Below are positions 43,838 through 57,300 of a stretch of DNA of 64,000 nucleotides, piece after piece (the first letter of the stretch is position 1; each line of letters begins with the position of its first letter). The notes beneath the pieces are model-generated. The model was not told where the DNA came from, made no database searches, and saw only the letters and a program-made list of their open reading frames with translations. The position numbers and the translations under genes were made by a program. Source of the stretch: Octopus bimaculoides (lineage: Eukaryota); the NCBI RefSeq assembly GCF_001194135.2, contig NC_068996.1, forward strand, positions 22,154,134-22,218,133, given 5' to 3'.

Positions 43838-45019
43838 ATAAAATAATTGAGAGGTAAGTATAATTCTCTCGATCACTTCATCAGTACTTCATGAAGAAGC
43901 CTGGCTAGAATAGTATTCCAATAACCAAAAGAACATGTTATACATCAATTAATTAGATGTATAACAAATCCAAATTATGACCTGGAAGGCATAACATAAG
44001 CTTCACAGAGGCGATAATAATAATAACTATATAATAAATTTAAGAGAACTCAGATCAATGTTGAAATTGTTTCTGTAAACAATATTCCATAAACATATTT
44101 GGTATGGAATAGACATTTGTTCATGGAAACAATCATTTGACATCTTTTTACCCCATTTAAACTATTATATATAACAGAAAAAACACAAAAAGCCTTGTGA
44201 AATACAGCTACGTGAGGTTTTATGGGTGGCTGAAATATTTGTCTCACCATTTCAACAAGATGGATAAGTAAATAAACTGTTTTGCTTTTACCAGCTTGAT
44301 AAATGGTAAACTAAATTACTGTCTTGATCAGGAAACCCTTGGGCTGTTATATTTCACAAGACTTGTGGTTTTTATTATATCTTTACTATCTTAGCTAAGT
44401 GCTATTTTACTTGTTGAAACCTTACCACATATATTACATTATATATATATATAAACACACATGCATACACACACACACACACATATGCCTTCATATATAT
44501 TTAGAATTATTTGGCAAAAGCAACAAAGAACACAGTGAAACTGTCTGGAGAGTGTAGTAACCAATGTTTTGGACAGAATCTTTCTTCAAGGTCAAGAATA
44601 CATGAGGGAAATAAAAGATTCAGCAAAAGTTTACACCCTCTATGTTTGAGGAACTGGCTGCAAGACAACTTGGTCTTGCTCTTGCATACATTGGTAGGAA
44701 GTAGCAGACAAGAGAAGTTAAAGGAAAGAGAAATGTAAAAGGATAAGAAGGTGGTGCTCCAGCATGGCCACAGTCAAAAGACTGAAACAAGTAAAAGAGT
44801 AAGTGATGAGAGTGAAGTGGAGGGGAAATGTATATGAGGGGGAAGCCAAAGAATAAAAATGGTACTACTGAATTAAGTGGGAATGTAAGAGTAGAACTTA
44901 AAACCTTTATTTAAATCCAGCATTGCCATGGTTCCAAGTTACAATATAAAATGCTACTCTTTCCGTTTCCTTGAGTGCACAAATCTATGATGTACAGAAA
45001 TGGTGCAGACTATAAATGG

Positions 45020-45900
45020 AAAATAGAATCTTGTTTTGTTAGAGTGGGTGGAGACAGGTTAGCCTGGCTTGGAATTTACCTCCACTGTATCCAACACCTC
45101 AGTTTTCTCAATATCTCAATCACTATCAACAATATCCACCTGCCCACTGCAGACCTACAGAATCTCACTTCCATCTCCACAACACTTCTCATCCCAAGCA
45201 CACTAAATCTGTTAAACCATACTCTCAATTGATTTGGATATCAAACCCCAATGTGAATCATGGGTAACTTTGGTCACTTGTGGACCTTGCATTATGCCAG
45301 CTCCTGGGGAATCAACTATGTCCCTGCCCTTCTTCCCTCTTTATGCACACCTCAAGACTGGATTCTACTCTCTCAATCTCCATTGAAACACAAACTCATT
45401 CTCAACTTTCAGATTTTATTCTCTGATCCCAGAACCACTCCCATCTGGCTTGCACCATCTCTCCTAACCTTTCAAAAAGGATAGGAACTTCAGCAAATTC
45501 CCAGTAATACACAACCAAGCACATATAAATGTGCTCACCATGAGGAAACACCTGTCCCTACACTAACAACATTACAACCATCATTGGGTCAAACACATTA
45601 CTCAGAACTTGTGCATCTTCTGACTGCTGCAAAGTTTGCACATAACTATATGAATATTGCATTATGCGCAAACTTTGCTGCACAATTTACAGTGGGGAAA
45701 ACAAGCTATCACCTTGCTGATCACTTTTGTGAGTACATCTGAAGCACTCTCCATGTAAGCCAGACGAACTGGTTCCTACTCCGACTCAGCAGGCCATTCA
45801 ATTACCCCACTTATCAGTGTGTGGAATTTCTGCACATCAGGGATTTGCACACTCAAGAAAATAGAATTTTGTATTCAAACTCAGAACCATGACAGATAGA
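45020..45900 (+). mobile_element. Highly degenerate LINE-like remnant
   Basis: C/A-skewed sequence with broken frames; no diagnostic motif recognised. Confidence 0.25.
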
Positions 45901-47031
45901 TTTATATGGGCATTGTTCCATCTACTCCTACACTTCCTGTCAGTTCAACAATCCCATTCTCATTCTTCAACTCCCCTCTCACTTCAATTTTCCTTTCCCC
46001 TTACTTGCCTCTCTTCCTCTTTTTATCTCCCATACTTAATTTCTCTTTCCTACTACTTCCTGTCTACACATGCAATTTTGCACAGTTCTTCACTCACCAT
46101 CAGTTGCAGCCAGTCACTCAAACATAGAGGACATATAAAATTCTGCTGTCTTCACTTTTTTTCCCCCCCCAACAGACATCTTAACCCAGAAAAAAGGAGG
46201 ATGTGAAAATATCTACGTATATATTCATTATATATGTTGATATAAACACACACACAGAGGGAGATATACACATATACAGAGTTTATATATAAGCAAATAT
46301 AAAAGCCTTTCTTTCTCTCTCATCACTCATTCACACATGCTCGCACACAGTAGAGCAGTAAACCAGCAGTATTGTTACAGCATTAGAGTATTATTGCAAA
46401 ATTTATTTAGTCCTCTACATTTTGAGTTTAAATCCTATCATTGTTAATTTTGCTGTTCATCCTTCCAGGTTTGATAAAACAAAAAACTAGTACGCAAATT
46501 GAGTACCAGTACCACTTTAATTAACCACCAATCGGTATCAACATTCAATTGGGTAGCATTGCATAGTAGAGCTGAAATCCCTGCTCAACTGTAGGGCTTC
46601 AATGGCAGGTGGTGATTCAGCACACTGGTTGGCATGCATTATCTAACTTCAACACCATCTATCTGTAACTCCTATATTACTGCCAACAAAACAAATACCC
46701 ATCATCCATTCAAACACACACACACCCTGTGTCTGTCTGACTGTCCCTAAAAGTTAACCCCAATTAAAAAGAGATAGGGTAGAAAAATGAAAATATACTA
46801 TACAGTAATACACACACAAAAACATACTGTGATGTGTGTGCATGTGTAAATATATATATATATATATATATTTACACATGCACACATACACAGAAGCATA
46901 CTGTGATGAATATACATACACAAGTCATATATATACATGTGTGTGTGTGTGTGTACACACACACTGACATACACATTTACACATACATTTATATTATATA
47001 CACATATACACAAATATATACTTTCATTAGT

Positions 47032-47037
47032 TTTATT
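47032..47037 (-). terminator. Candidate proximal polyadenylation signal of SIPA1L
   Basis: TTTATT on + strand (AATAAA on -), about 28 nt after the stop. Confidence 0.3.
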
Positions 47038-47064
47038 GTGAGATAAATAAACATATGTAAAGCT

Positions 47065-47286
47065 TTATAATGGTCGATCTATATTCTTTTCTGAGAAACC
47101 AGCTTGCATAAATTGTGAAAGTCCTGTCGGTGATTGTTGCAAGCAATTCTTATCAACAATGTTGAAGAACCATTCTGTAAATCTTCTTAACTCTGTAGCA
47201 GCTGTTTGAGATTCATCTTGGAGTCGTTGATTTTCAGCTCGTAACTTGGTTATTTCAGATTCATACTGAGAATTCTTTTGTTTTTC
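47065..47286 (-). CDS. SIPA1L1: SIPA1L last coding exon (EKQKNSQYESE...FTEWFFNIVDK...IDRPL*)
   Basis: ttattacag|GAA acceptor; coiled coil plus FTEWFF motif; TAA at 47067-47065. Confidence 0.93.
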   Translation of the reverse strand, partial: EKQKNSQYESEITKLRAENQRLQDESQTAATELRRFTEWFFNIVDKNCLQQSPTGLSQFMQAGFSEKNIDRPL

Positions 47287-48293
47287 CTGTAATAACAAAA
47301 TTATTTGTTTTTAAGTTATATTTTATCGGCAAATAAAAATTAATAGCTTAAAATACCATAATAAAAGAATTGGAATTATACACACATATATACCTACACA
47401 CACAACACCTCGACCAGATTCCTCACAAGAAAGAAACATAAAATAATTCAGATATAGTAAGTGATGGAATATTTAAATTGAATCTAGTCACGAGCAACTC
47501 CATAGCATTAATTAACTTTACATAAGTACCACAATCAGGAATGGTAGATAAGCATAAGAACTGATTCTATAAGGCTCTCTTCCAGACCAACTTGAAAACA
47601 GATGACAGCAACCTTATTAAAATGGCTGGTCACATTAATAGACATGTTGGGTAACACTATGTTAGCTACTCTAGTAAACATGAAAAGTAAGAATATGGTA
47701 TGAGGAATGAGAAGGATAAACGATCTTGGAGTTTTTATGACACAAATGACCTGATCCATTTACAACACTTACTTAAGAAACTGACTAGTCACTTGATTCC
47801 CTACCAATCAAATGGGGACACACCAGGAACTACAAGACAGAAGATAGTGAATAATAATGCTTTCCTTAGTGAAGAGTGTACAACTCAACATAAGTCTAGT
47901 GGTTAACAATTCAAGATTTAGAAACATGCTTGAAGAAGGAATTACAAAAGCCAAAAGACCTTTTGGCCAGAAGTAGGTTCAAAGTAGCAGTTGACACATA
48001 TGATCAGAAGTAAACAGCAACTTATAACATGGAGAACAACTACGGGTTGGATGGTTTGACTGAGGACTGGCAAATCAGGAGGCTGCACCAGCCTTCAATC
48101 TGATCTGGCAAGGTTTCTACAGCTGGATACCCTTCCTAACACCAACCACCCTGAGAGTGCAGTGGGTGCTTTTTACATGCCACTAGCACAGGAGCTAGTC
48201 AGGCGGCACTGGCAACAACCATATTTGTATGGTGCTTTTTACATGCCACCAGCATGGGAGTCAGTCTGGTGGGACTGGCATTGGCCACGACAA

Positions 48294-48331
<38 letters not shown>

Positions 48332-51300
48332 GAGAATTTACGAAAAAAACAATAGACGAAGACAGGTGATGTAAACAACAAATGGATGTATTAGTTTAAT
48401 GCTCGGGAATAGAGAAAGTCTTTTGACGTTTCGAACTACGCTCTTCAACTGAAAGGAACACAGAAAGAAATAAGGAGAGAAACAAGGAGAAAAAAAATAT
48501 AAATGTAGTGGTCAGCAATCTATATATATCAACTGTGAATATGTTTCATTAGAACAGCTCTTTATAATGTTAGCACTATAAAGATTAAGATAATATATTT
48601 AGACACAGACAGAAAATATCATGAATATATGGAATATAATTACAAACCTTATCTAAATCATTACAGGTTTGCTGTACTTTTTGTTCCAGTTCTTTGATTA
48701 TTTGTTGTGGATTTGATACAACTGTTCTTGACATACTGAATATAGAAAAATAATGATCAATATCAAAACAAATGATAACAAATTTATGTTGTGTGTGTGT
48801 GTATGTGTGTGTTGTACATGCATGTGTTGTGCACAAACTCATGGGTTATGCATGCAGATGTATGTGTGTTGTACATGCATGTGTTGTGCACATAAATGTG
48901 TTATGTGCAAATGCATATGTTGTGTATTTGTATGAATTTTTATGTATGCTGCATGTTGAGTGTGTTTCTGTTGTATGTGCAAGTTGTATGTATGTATGTA
49001 TTATCATTGTAAGAATGTGAATGATTCTAATATATGCTTCATATATGCCTATGTGCACATTGTGTGTTATACATATCTGCTACATCATCCTCATCAGCAT
49101 TGTCTAACATTCAAAGGGTCCAAAGATTACATCATGCCCCAGTGTTTAAAGCTGGATGCCCTTCCTAACATCAACTACCTTAGTGTGTACAGTGTGCACT
49201 TCTGAAATGACTCTGCAGCTCATAATACTACAAACCCTGAGGGAGGGATACAGATTTGTGCCAGGTGGTGAAGGTTAAGGTATGAGACAAGAGGGAAGAG
49301 CAAGTTCTTGTTATAGAATGGTACCTGGCACCTCACATCTGTCACATGTAAGTTCATGTATATAATCGTAACATGTACAATGTGTCAAATATGCATAACT
49401 TACGTGTTTTATAGGATAAGACATAAATTTTTTTTATGTTCATGCCTCTCCCCAGGGCCACTGATAATGCTACCCAAGTGAAATGGCTACAACTGAGAAT
49501 CAAAATAATGACACCTGATTTCTATACTATGCACCACTTATTAGGTAACACTATTTATTATTAGCTAACAACACTTGTTGCTCACTTCTTATGTAATAAC
49601 ATTTATTGCAACAATTATTTAAGTTATCATTACATCTGAGGACAGCAAATTTAAATGAGATGCTAAGGTGTTACATTATATGCACTTTTCAAATTATTTA
49701 AATTTGATCCATCTCTGTTCTGATTTCAAATCCTTCTGCTGGTACTTGTTAGGAACCAAGAATCCCAAGGTTAATTGAATACATATCACTAAAAATTCTG
49801 TAGTTAAATCTTTTGATTTATTACACACATAACACAGGTGCAGGTATACATGGTTAAGAAGTTAGCCTCAATCTGAGTACATAACCTTAGACAAATGCCA
49901 GATTGACTAATAATGAGTGGAATTTGGCAAATGGAAAGTGAGCAGATGCTTGTCACACACACATTCATTTTATGTCCATTTTTCCCATTAATTAGAGAAA
50001 TGTATTACAAAGGCATGTTTTACAGCGAAATACCCTTCCTGTCACAAGTAGCTTCCCTACAGGAAGAAACTTGTTCTGTTCTGGTTCTTTTTCTTGTACT
50101 TTATGCCCTCATTTCCTTGACTAAAGTTACCTCTTTCTCTACTGCAGCCCAACTCAATTGAAGGGGATTTTAGTCTTGCAAACTACCTGACAATTTCATT
50201 AGTGCTGTGCCATGAAAAAAAGAAAACAAAAAACAACCCCCCCCCCACCTATTTCAAGTATTAAAGTGGTTGGCATTACAAAAGGCATCTAGACATAGAA
50301 ACTATTCCAAAGTAGACACTGGTGCATGATTCAGTCACCTAACTCATTGGATCCCATCAAATTGTTCAACCCACACCAGCATGAAAGACAGACAGAAAAA
50401 AAAAGAAGGAAGGAAGGATATGTGTGTGTGTGTGTGTGACTTTAAACTGCATCTGATAGGGGATCTTTGTACAGGAGTTCCAAGGTTTTGAGGAGTCCCA
50501 ACTCTCAGCCATAATTTCTTCCCAGGTCTACTCTAGCCTGGAGTAGTAGAACCAGTTAAAGTCCCAGCTATGGGCTAACTAACATGTGAACCTGTGAACG
50601 TCCATGTAAACTGGGAGTGAAGGGCCTCTAGTTCTCATTAGAACTTCCTTCTTGGAAATAGTAAACTTATCTAAAAACAAAACTTGAAGTGCAGTTAGTT
50701 TCAGGTCATCTCAACAATCTCTGTTGTACCACTGGTTGTGTAGTTGATTGCCTTGAAAAGTGGGTTCAGTGCAATACAACACCTTATCCACTCAAGACAA
50801 ACTCTTACAATGTTTGTATAGGTTTACTGAGTGTAGAAAGTAGTCTTATTCAGTTACAAGATGACTTCCACCATGCCTGTATGCATACCATACAGGTACG
50901 ATGTGGGCATGAATATAAATTGGATGCAGAATGGCCAAATGGTTAAGAAGTTTGCTTTGCAATCTTGAGTCCTGAGCCTGCCATATGGTATATTGGAACA
51001 TGATAAAGTACCTTTTATCATAGCCTTGTCAGTGAAACTGGGTGGACGGAAACTGTGTGGAAGCCCACATAATGGACTATATCTGTAATTCAAAAGTCCA
51101 GCTTGATCACACATACACGCACACTGTGGTAGACTGATTCTGCCCTAAAACTATATTATGGGTATATGTGTTTGTGGAATACTCAGTTACAAAATAATTC
51201 AATGAGCAAATAATTTAGTTGAAAACCGGTGTTGGTTATGTTTTTAGTTTCAGTGCTGTCTGTTACCTAGTCACTTCAACAAATAAGGGTCAATAAGAAT

Positions 51301-54300
51301 AAATGCCCAACTGAGACAAATAAAAGAGTACAGTCCCTTTACAAAGTCTAACAGTATCCCTAAAGAAGGAGTTGAGATAAAAAGAACGTACCTTTTGTCT
51401 TTATTCTGAAGAGTTAAGAGCTCATTTTTCTCTTTTGCTTGTAATACTTGTTCACTTGACTGTTTTTGATTCTTCATTTGTGTACCTGCAGAGAAATAAA
51501 ATACAAATAATGTAAGTTTATCCACGTGTGAAAATGATGTTCCCTATACATACTGGTTAGGTGTGTATAGTCTGGTGATATGGGTGGGTGTATAGTATGT
51601 TTGTGTATACCAACACTATACATTTACACACACACACACACACACACAACAACACCACCACATACAGTATAATATTGTGTAGTGCATGATGTGCATATGT
51701 TGTGCATGTGTGTGCATAGTGCATGTAGTGTGTGTATGATGTTATGCATGGTGCATCTACATGATGTATGTGCACAACAGTGTAACTGTGAGTCATTGTG
51801 TAACGTATCATTTGTGTATGTCAGTATAACATAGGACGGGACTAGTGTGCATCTGATATGTCTACAGTATTGTGAATGATTGTGTGGTTTTGTTTGCATG
51901 TGTACACATATACAAGCATGAGCGAATGAAGTGTTATACAAGAGATCCATTGCTACTGTAGTGACGCAAGTCATAATAAATCTTTATCAGTGGTAATATG
52001 ACATAATGGTCATGTTGCCCAAATAGGTATAATTGTTAGTTTCCCATTGGTTAAAATTACTGCCCATATTTGAATTCTAAACTTTCGTCAAAGAGAAATC
52101 TTTCAGGAAATATGGTTCTTAGAATTCAGGTATGAGCAGTTATAAAACCCCTGATTTTGGGGAGATTAACCAGTGATTGTTGGTTGTCAATCGACTCTAT
52201 GACATTCACATTCAGTGTTCGTTGGCTGTCGCTTATTTCCATGATACTCACACTCTTGAGATATTGGCTATTGTTATGCCAGGTCTATTACTTAATTCAA
52301 CAAGGTTATTTTGATTTGTTGTGTAAAACTCTAGTAGCTTAGTATGGAAGAATTAGTTAATATAAATTTTATAATGAAATTTACTTCTGCAACTATGAAA
52401 CTGTTATTATAGCAGTGAAAAAGAGCGAGCTTTATTTATCTTCAACATACATGCACGTTCAGCATCTTGGTGTGTATAATTTATCACAGCGTTTACGCAG
52501 CCAGAGTTAAGATTTATGTATAGTGATAATACTTATAATTAAGTTATAAATGACGGGCTTATCACCATAGATTTCTACTCAATAAACATCTATATTTATT
52601 ATCTTTTTCAAGTTCGAACACATTATAAATTGGTGACCAACTGATGTTGATTACGAAGTCTACTCGGGAGAATAATCACCGTATAAATAGGCAACTTACC
52701 GTTATACCACTTACCAAACACTTTCAATACATGTCTTTCAGTATACATAGCTTAGCACTTGTCTTTCATACAGACTACCGCCCTCCCTTACATGTTTTCA
52801 CTTCATACATAACCCACCAATAAACCTAACCACACACTCTACATGCATTTCACAACACATGTATTTTACCACATATGTGCCTCACGTACAGAAATTACCC
52901 AGATACAATTCAGTACTAACTCTGAAAGAAGAATGAAAAAATAAACATTCTTTAGAAATAATCAAAATGTACACTTACTTTCTATTGCCTTTGTTGCAAC
53001 ATTTACAAGGTTTGACCATTCTAATGAAGCAGTGGACCCCACTAACGGAATTCGGGAGTTAGGTGATGGGGTTGAATATTTTCGCCTGGTTGGAGGAGAT
53101 ACTAAGGGTTTATCACTTCGCACACTTGGAGAGAGTCTTTGAAAAGGAAATAAATAATAAAGAAAGAAAAATGATTACTTATTACACAAATTTGAGGCAG
53201 ATTTAAGACAAATTTACATTTTGACAGAGCAGAGATGGGAAGGATATAAAACACACATTCACACTGTGATCTACCACACACTGGTGTCTACTTGGAACTA
53301 AGTAAACACAGCTGTCAGTAGATAAATGATTTGACATTGAACACAGTGCATTGATGGAGACATGATGCAAATTAATGAACGTTTTAACATTCTAATTCTT
53401 AATTGATTAAAGTCTCAGTAGAACTAATAATAAAAGAATATATTTATGTGTGTGCATATGTGTTAGCACAATGACAGACCAATGGCTGTCACCAGTAAAT
53501 GATCACACAATCACATTGTATATAAATTATTACTATTATGTTAAACAGTTGTATGTCCAAATTTGGCCAAATGCGTTTTTTTTTTTTTTCCAACATTTAT
53601 TTTTGCTTGCAAGAGCCATTTTCTTTTTGTTAAACTATCATATCTCTGGCTTACTTCAGATGCTAAGATATCAAAAATTGTCAAAGTGCAGTACAACGTT
53701 TTTGCTATAGAATGGTGAAACTATTTTTTCATTTTGGACTTACAGCACTTTTGCATAATAGCAACAATATATATACACATACACACACACACACACACAC
53801 ATTACTGTGTCTGGGGAGATTCATTTTGTCTTTATGCCTTATTAACTAGCACACTGCTTTGATTTCCATTCAATTTATTTACATATATTTTTTCTTCCAG
53901 AATTTTCATTGCTTCTTGCAACCATCTCAATAGTGGTTGACAGCCTGTTTATCAGAGCTGCGTTCCCTTTGCTCGTTTGTGTACACATGTGCAAACCAGA
54001 TACAAAAATCAAAAGTATAAGAACAGGGTGGAGGAAGTTCAGAGAACTACTACCTCTGTTGGCAGCAAAAGGATTGTTTCGCTGAGGGTGAAAGGTAGAT
54101 TGTATGATTGCGCGTGTGATAACGGCTATGTTATATGGTAGTAAGACATAGACACTGACTGTGGAGGATATGCGTAGGATGGAGAGGAATGAAGGTAGTA
54201 TGCTCCGTTGGATTTGCAATGCCAGTGGGCATGACCAGCAAAGCATAATTGTGTTGAGAGAAAAGTTAGGCATAAGAGGGATTAAATGTGGTATGCAAGA

Positions 54301-57300
54301 GAGGAGAATGTGTTGGTTTGTACATGCAGTGTACAAAGGTAGTTAAACAATTTTCTAGGCCAGAGGACCAGATGCCATTGTAGTAATTGTGTGTGTGAGA
54401 GAGGAGGGAGAGAAAGAGAAAGAGAGCAGCACAATGGTATGTGAAAGAAGATTTGTTCAATAAATCATTTGTGCTTAGGAGGAAAGGTCTAGAATGTTTA
54501 TAGGGGTAGAAGCTAAGCAGGTATGGCTGGGTGGCTAAAGAAGTTTACTCTGCAATCATATGGTGCTGGGTTCAATTCTACTATGCACACACTTTAGACA
54601 AACAAGGGTATTCAGCCATAGCTTCAAGGCTTGGCAATAAGGAGTGGGTTAAATGAAATTTTATAAAATAAATTAAAAAAAAAAAATACAACATAAATAT
54701 TAAGCAATGTAAAAGACAAAGAAAAGAAAAGAAAAAAAAACACACAGACCTATCCCTAGGATCTTTTTCTGATTTGATCATTGCAACTTGTTTCCTGACA
54801 GGTGCATTTTTGCCAAACCGAAGGTCAGTAGCAGCATGATCTTCCACATTTATATTCAGGACTGCGGAACTTTTGTTACTGTTAAGACTTTCTTCAGAAG
54901 TGGCTCGCTGTAAAGGAGTGCTCACTGCTTGCACATAAAGTCCTTCCTGCAAGTGGAATAAACATGTAAAATCAGTTATATTTTCTTTAAACAGTTCCTA
55001 CTTGATGAAATTCATATTTATAATTGCGCTGATAAATTGAGAAAATAAAGATATATTTTAAAAAATAAGATTTATTAGAATGAAACAAATTAAGAAAATT
55101 TTGATAACATTAATTAGTAATTAATGAACTATTTCTAATCACCTGCTTTTCATTTTATACAAAAAAATTTAGGTACATGATATATAATTATATAAAATAT
55201 AAGTTATGTTTAATAGCTTGTATTTTATATAATTTTTATATAAAGTTTTATATAAAAATGAAGTAGATAGTTCTTTTCAACTTCTTATCCTACAGATAAG
55301 CACTTAATCTAAAATGCATTTTCATGTTACCTCTTTTGGATAGTATGTCTTGTTTCAAACAATCTTTGGTATGATCTCATTATATAAGAATTTTCTAATA
55401 GGTGTGAATTTTAATGAAAGGTAAATGGTATTCAGTAACATCCATGCCTTTCCCAAAGACATCAGAAACATAAACCACAATGGAAGAAACAGAAATTGTG
55501 ACTGAAATATGAAGGGAGCCTAAGCATGATTAGTCAACATTTCCCTCAAATCACATCTTTACAGTTTAAAAAAAGGAGAAAAACTGTTAAACATTCCAGT
55601 CAACCTTCCCAGTTAAAAAGCTGAGAGGGTCAACTTTTGATCATAAGTCTACTTAACAAGAGCTGAGTTGGAGGATTAAATAACAACAAAAACACATACA
55701 AGACTTGGTATATTTTTCAAAGATCTCTGTATTAATATTTAATAATTCCATAATCATGACAAAATATTTATTTTAAAGACAATGCTACTCACAGGAGACT
55801 TATCTAAATCTTCAGGTGGATTGGTGGTGCTAATATTATTGAAGAGTCGTAATAAATCTTCTTGTAAATTACTGGTATTTACTGCATGCTTTGTGTTAGA
55901 ATGGTGAGGAGTCCTGGTCACTGCACTATTAGAAATAGCAGCATGCATTGAGGAACTGGTGTGGGGAACAGCAGGAATTCCAACATTACCTACACGGTTC
56001 TTGGAGCTCAAAGATTCTTCTGAAGATCTTCCTGATAAATTTCTTTTGGAAAATTGAAGAGAAAAATATATTAAATTTTTTTTTTTTTACTGTCTTGGAC
56101 TTTTCTTGTGTATATGTTCTTGAAATTTTGTGAGTGGGTGTGTATATATTTGTGTACACTTATCTGTGAACGGGTGCATATAAATCTATGTACACATATC
56201 TGTCAGTGGGTGCTCAACACTTAAATCAAAACCTTTCATCTTAATTTTATATAAAAACCTTTCTGCTATGTTCCAAACAAACTGTTTATTACATCAGTTA
56301 ACAAGAAAGTTGATTATTTTACTAAGTCTCTCAAAATTCTCGATAATTTTCGAAGTTAATTGCTGCAGACAACATAAGAATATAGTACAAAAAAAAAAAG
56401 AAAAAATTTTGTGGCAACTTACTTGCTAGATGACCTTGGACTGCTACTACAACTGCTACTAGCAGGTGAAGTGTCAAAGTGACTCCTTTTATAAAGACCT
56501 TCTGGCCGGCCCTTGCTATTACTAATTAGATGCTCCATTTTCTTTCGAGAAGTACTACCAATGCCAGATAACATCTCTTCTGAAAGTGATAGATTGATGT
56601 TTTAGAACATGAATCTATGTACAAATACAAAGACATACACACAACCACCTTTTCTGTTCCTCAAACTTATTCTCGCTCTCATTCACCTAGTGCTTTTTAT
56701 CACATATCTCTCACTCTCTTTCCAGAAGGGGAAGCTTCATTTTTCAGCAAGATGCTTGCTCTTGTCCTTCTACCATACTTTCATATCAATGCTATCCCCG
56801 ATTTAGTTGAGGAGTCTTGTCTTGCTGGTACTTGGTGACCTCAGCAGTGCTGATGCCATGAAAAAAGAGGACCTTGTACACTATGAAGCGGTTAACATTA
56901 GGAAGGGCATCCAGCTACAGAAACCATGCCAAAGCAAACACTGGAGCTCAGTGCAGCACTCAGGCTTGTTAGTTCTTATCACATCATCCAACCCATGTGA
57001 ACTTGGAAAGAGAGTGATGTTAAATGATGATTATGTATATATATATATATACATACACACACAACTTGGTTTTTCAGACTATGCAATAGCAACCAAGTCT
57101 CTCTTCAATTTATCAATAAATGAAGGACACATTCAATGATGTAGTCCTATAAGGCCATACCAAAGACTGATCATGGCTGGAATACTTTTGATCAACATCC
57201 TTCCTGATCAGGGCTAACACAGACCTAAATAATGATGCAGACATGTGTGTGCATACAACAGGATTCTATACAGTTTTTGTCAACCAAATCCACTTACAAG

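Noticed and set aside
51557-51974. His/Cys/Thr-rich ORFs (also 48585-49205 and 33299-33636)
   Set aside because: Degenerate TG/CA-rich simple sequence with no splice context.
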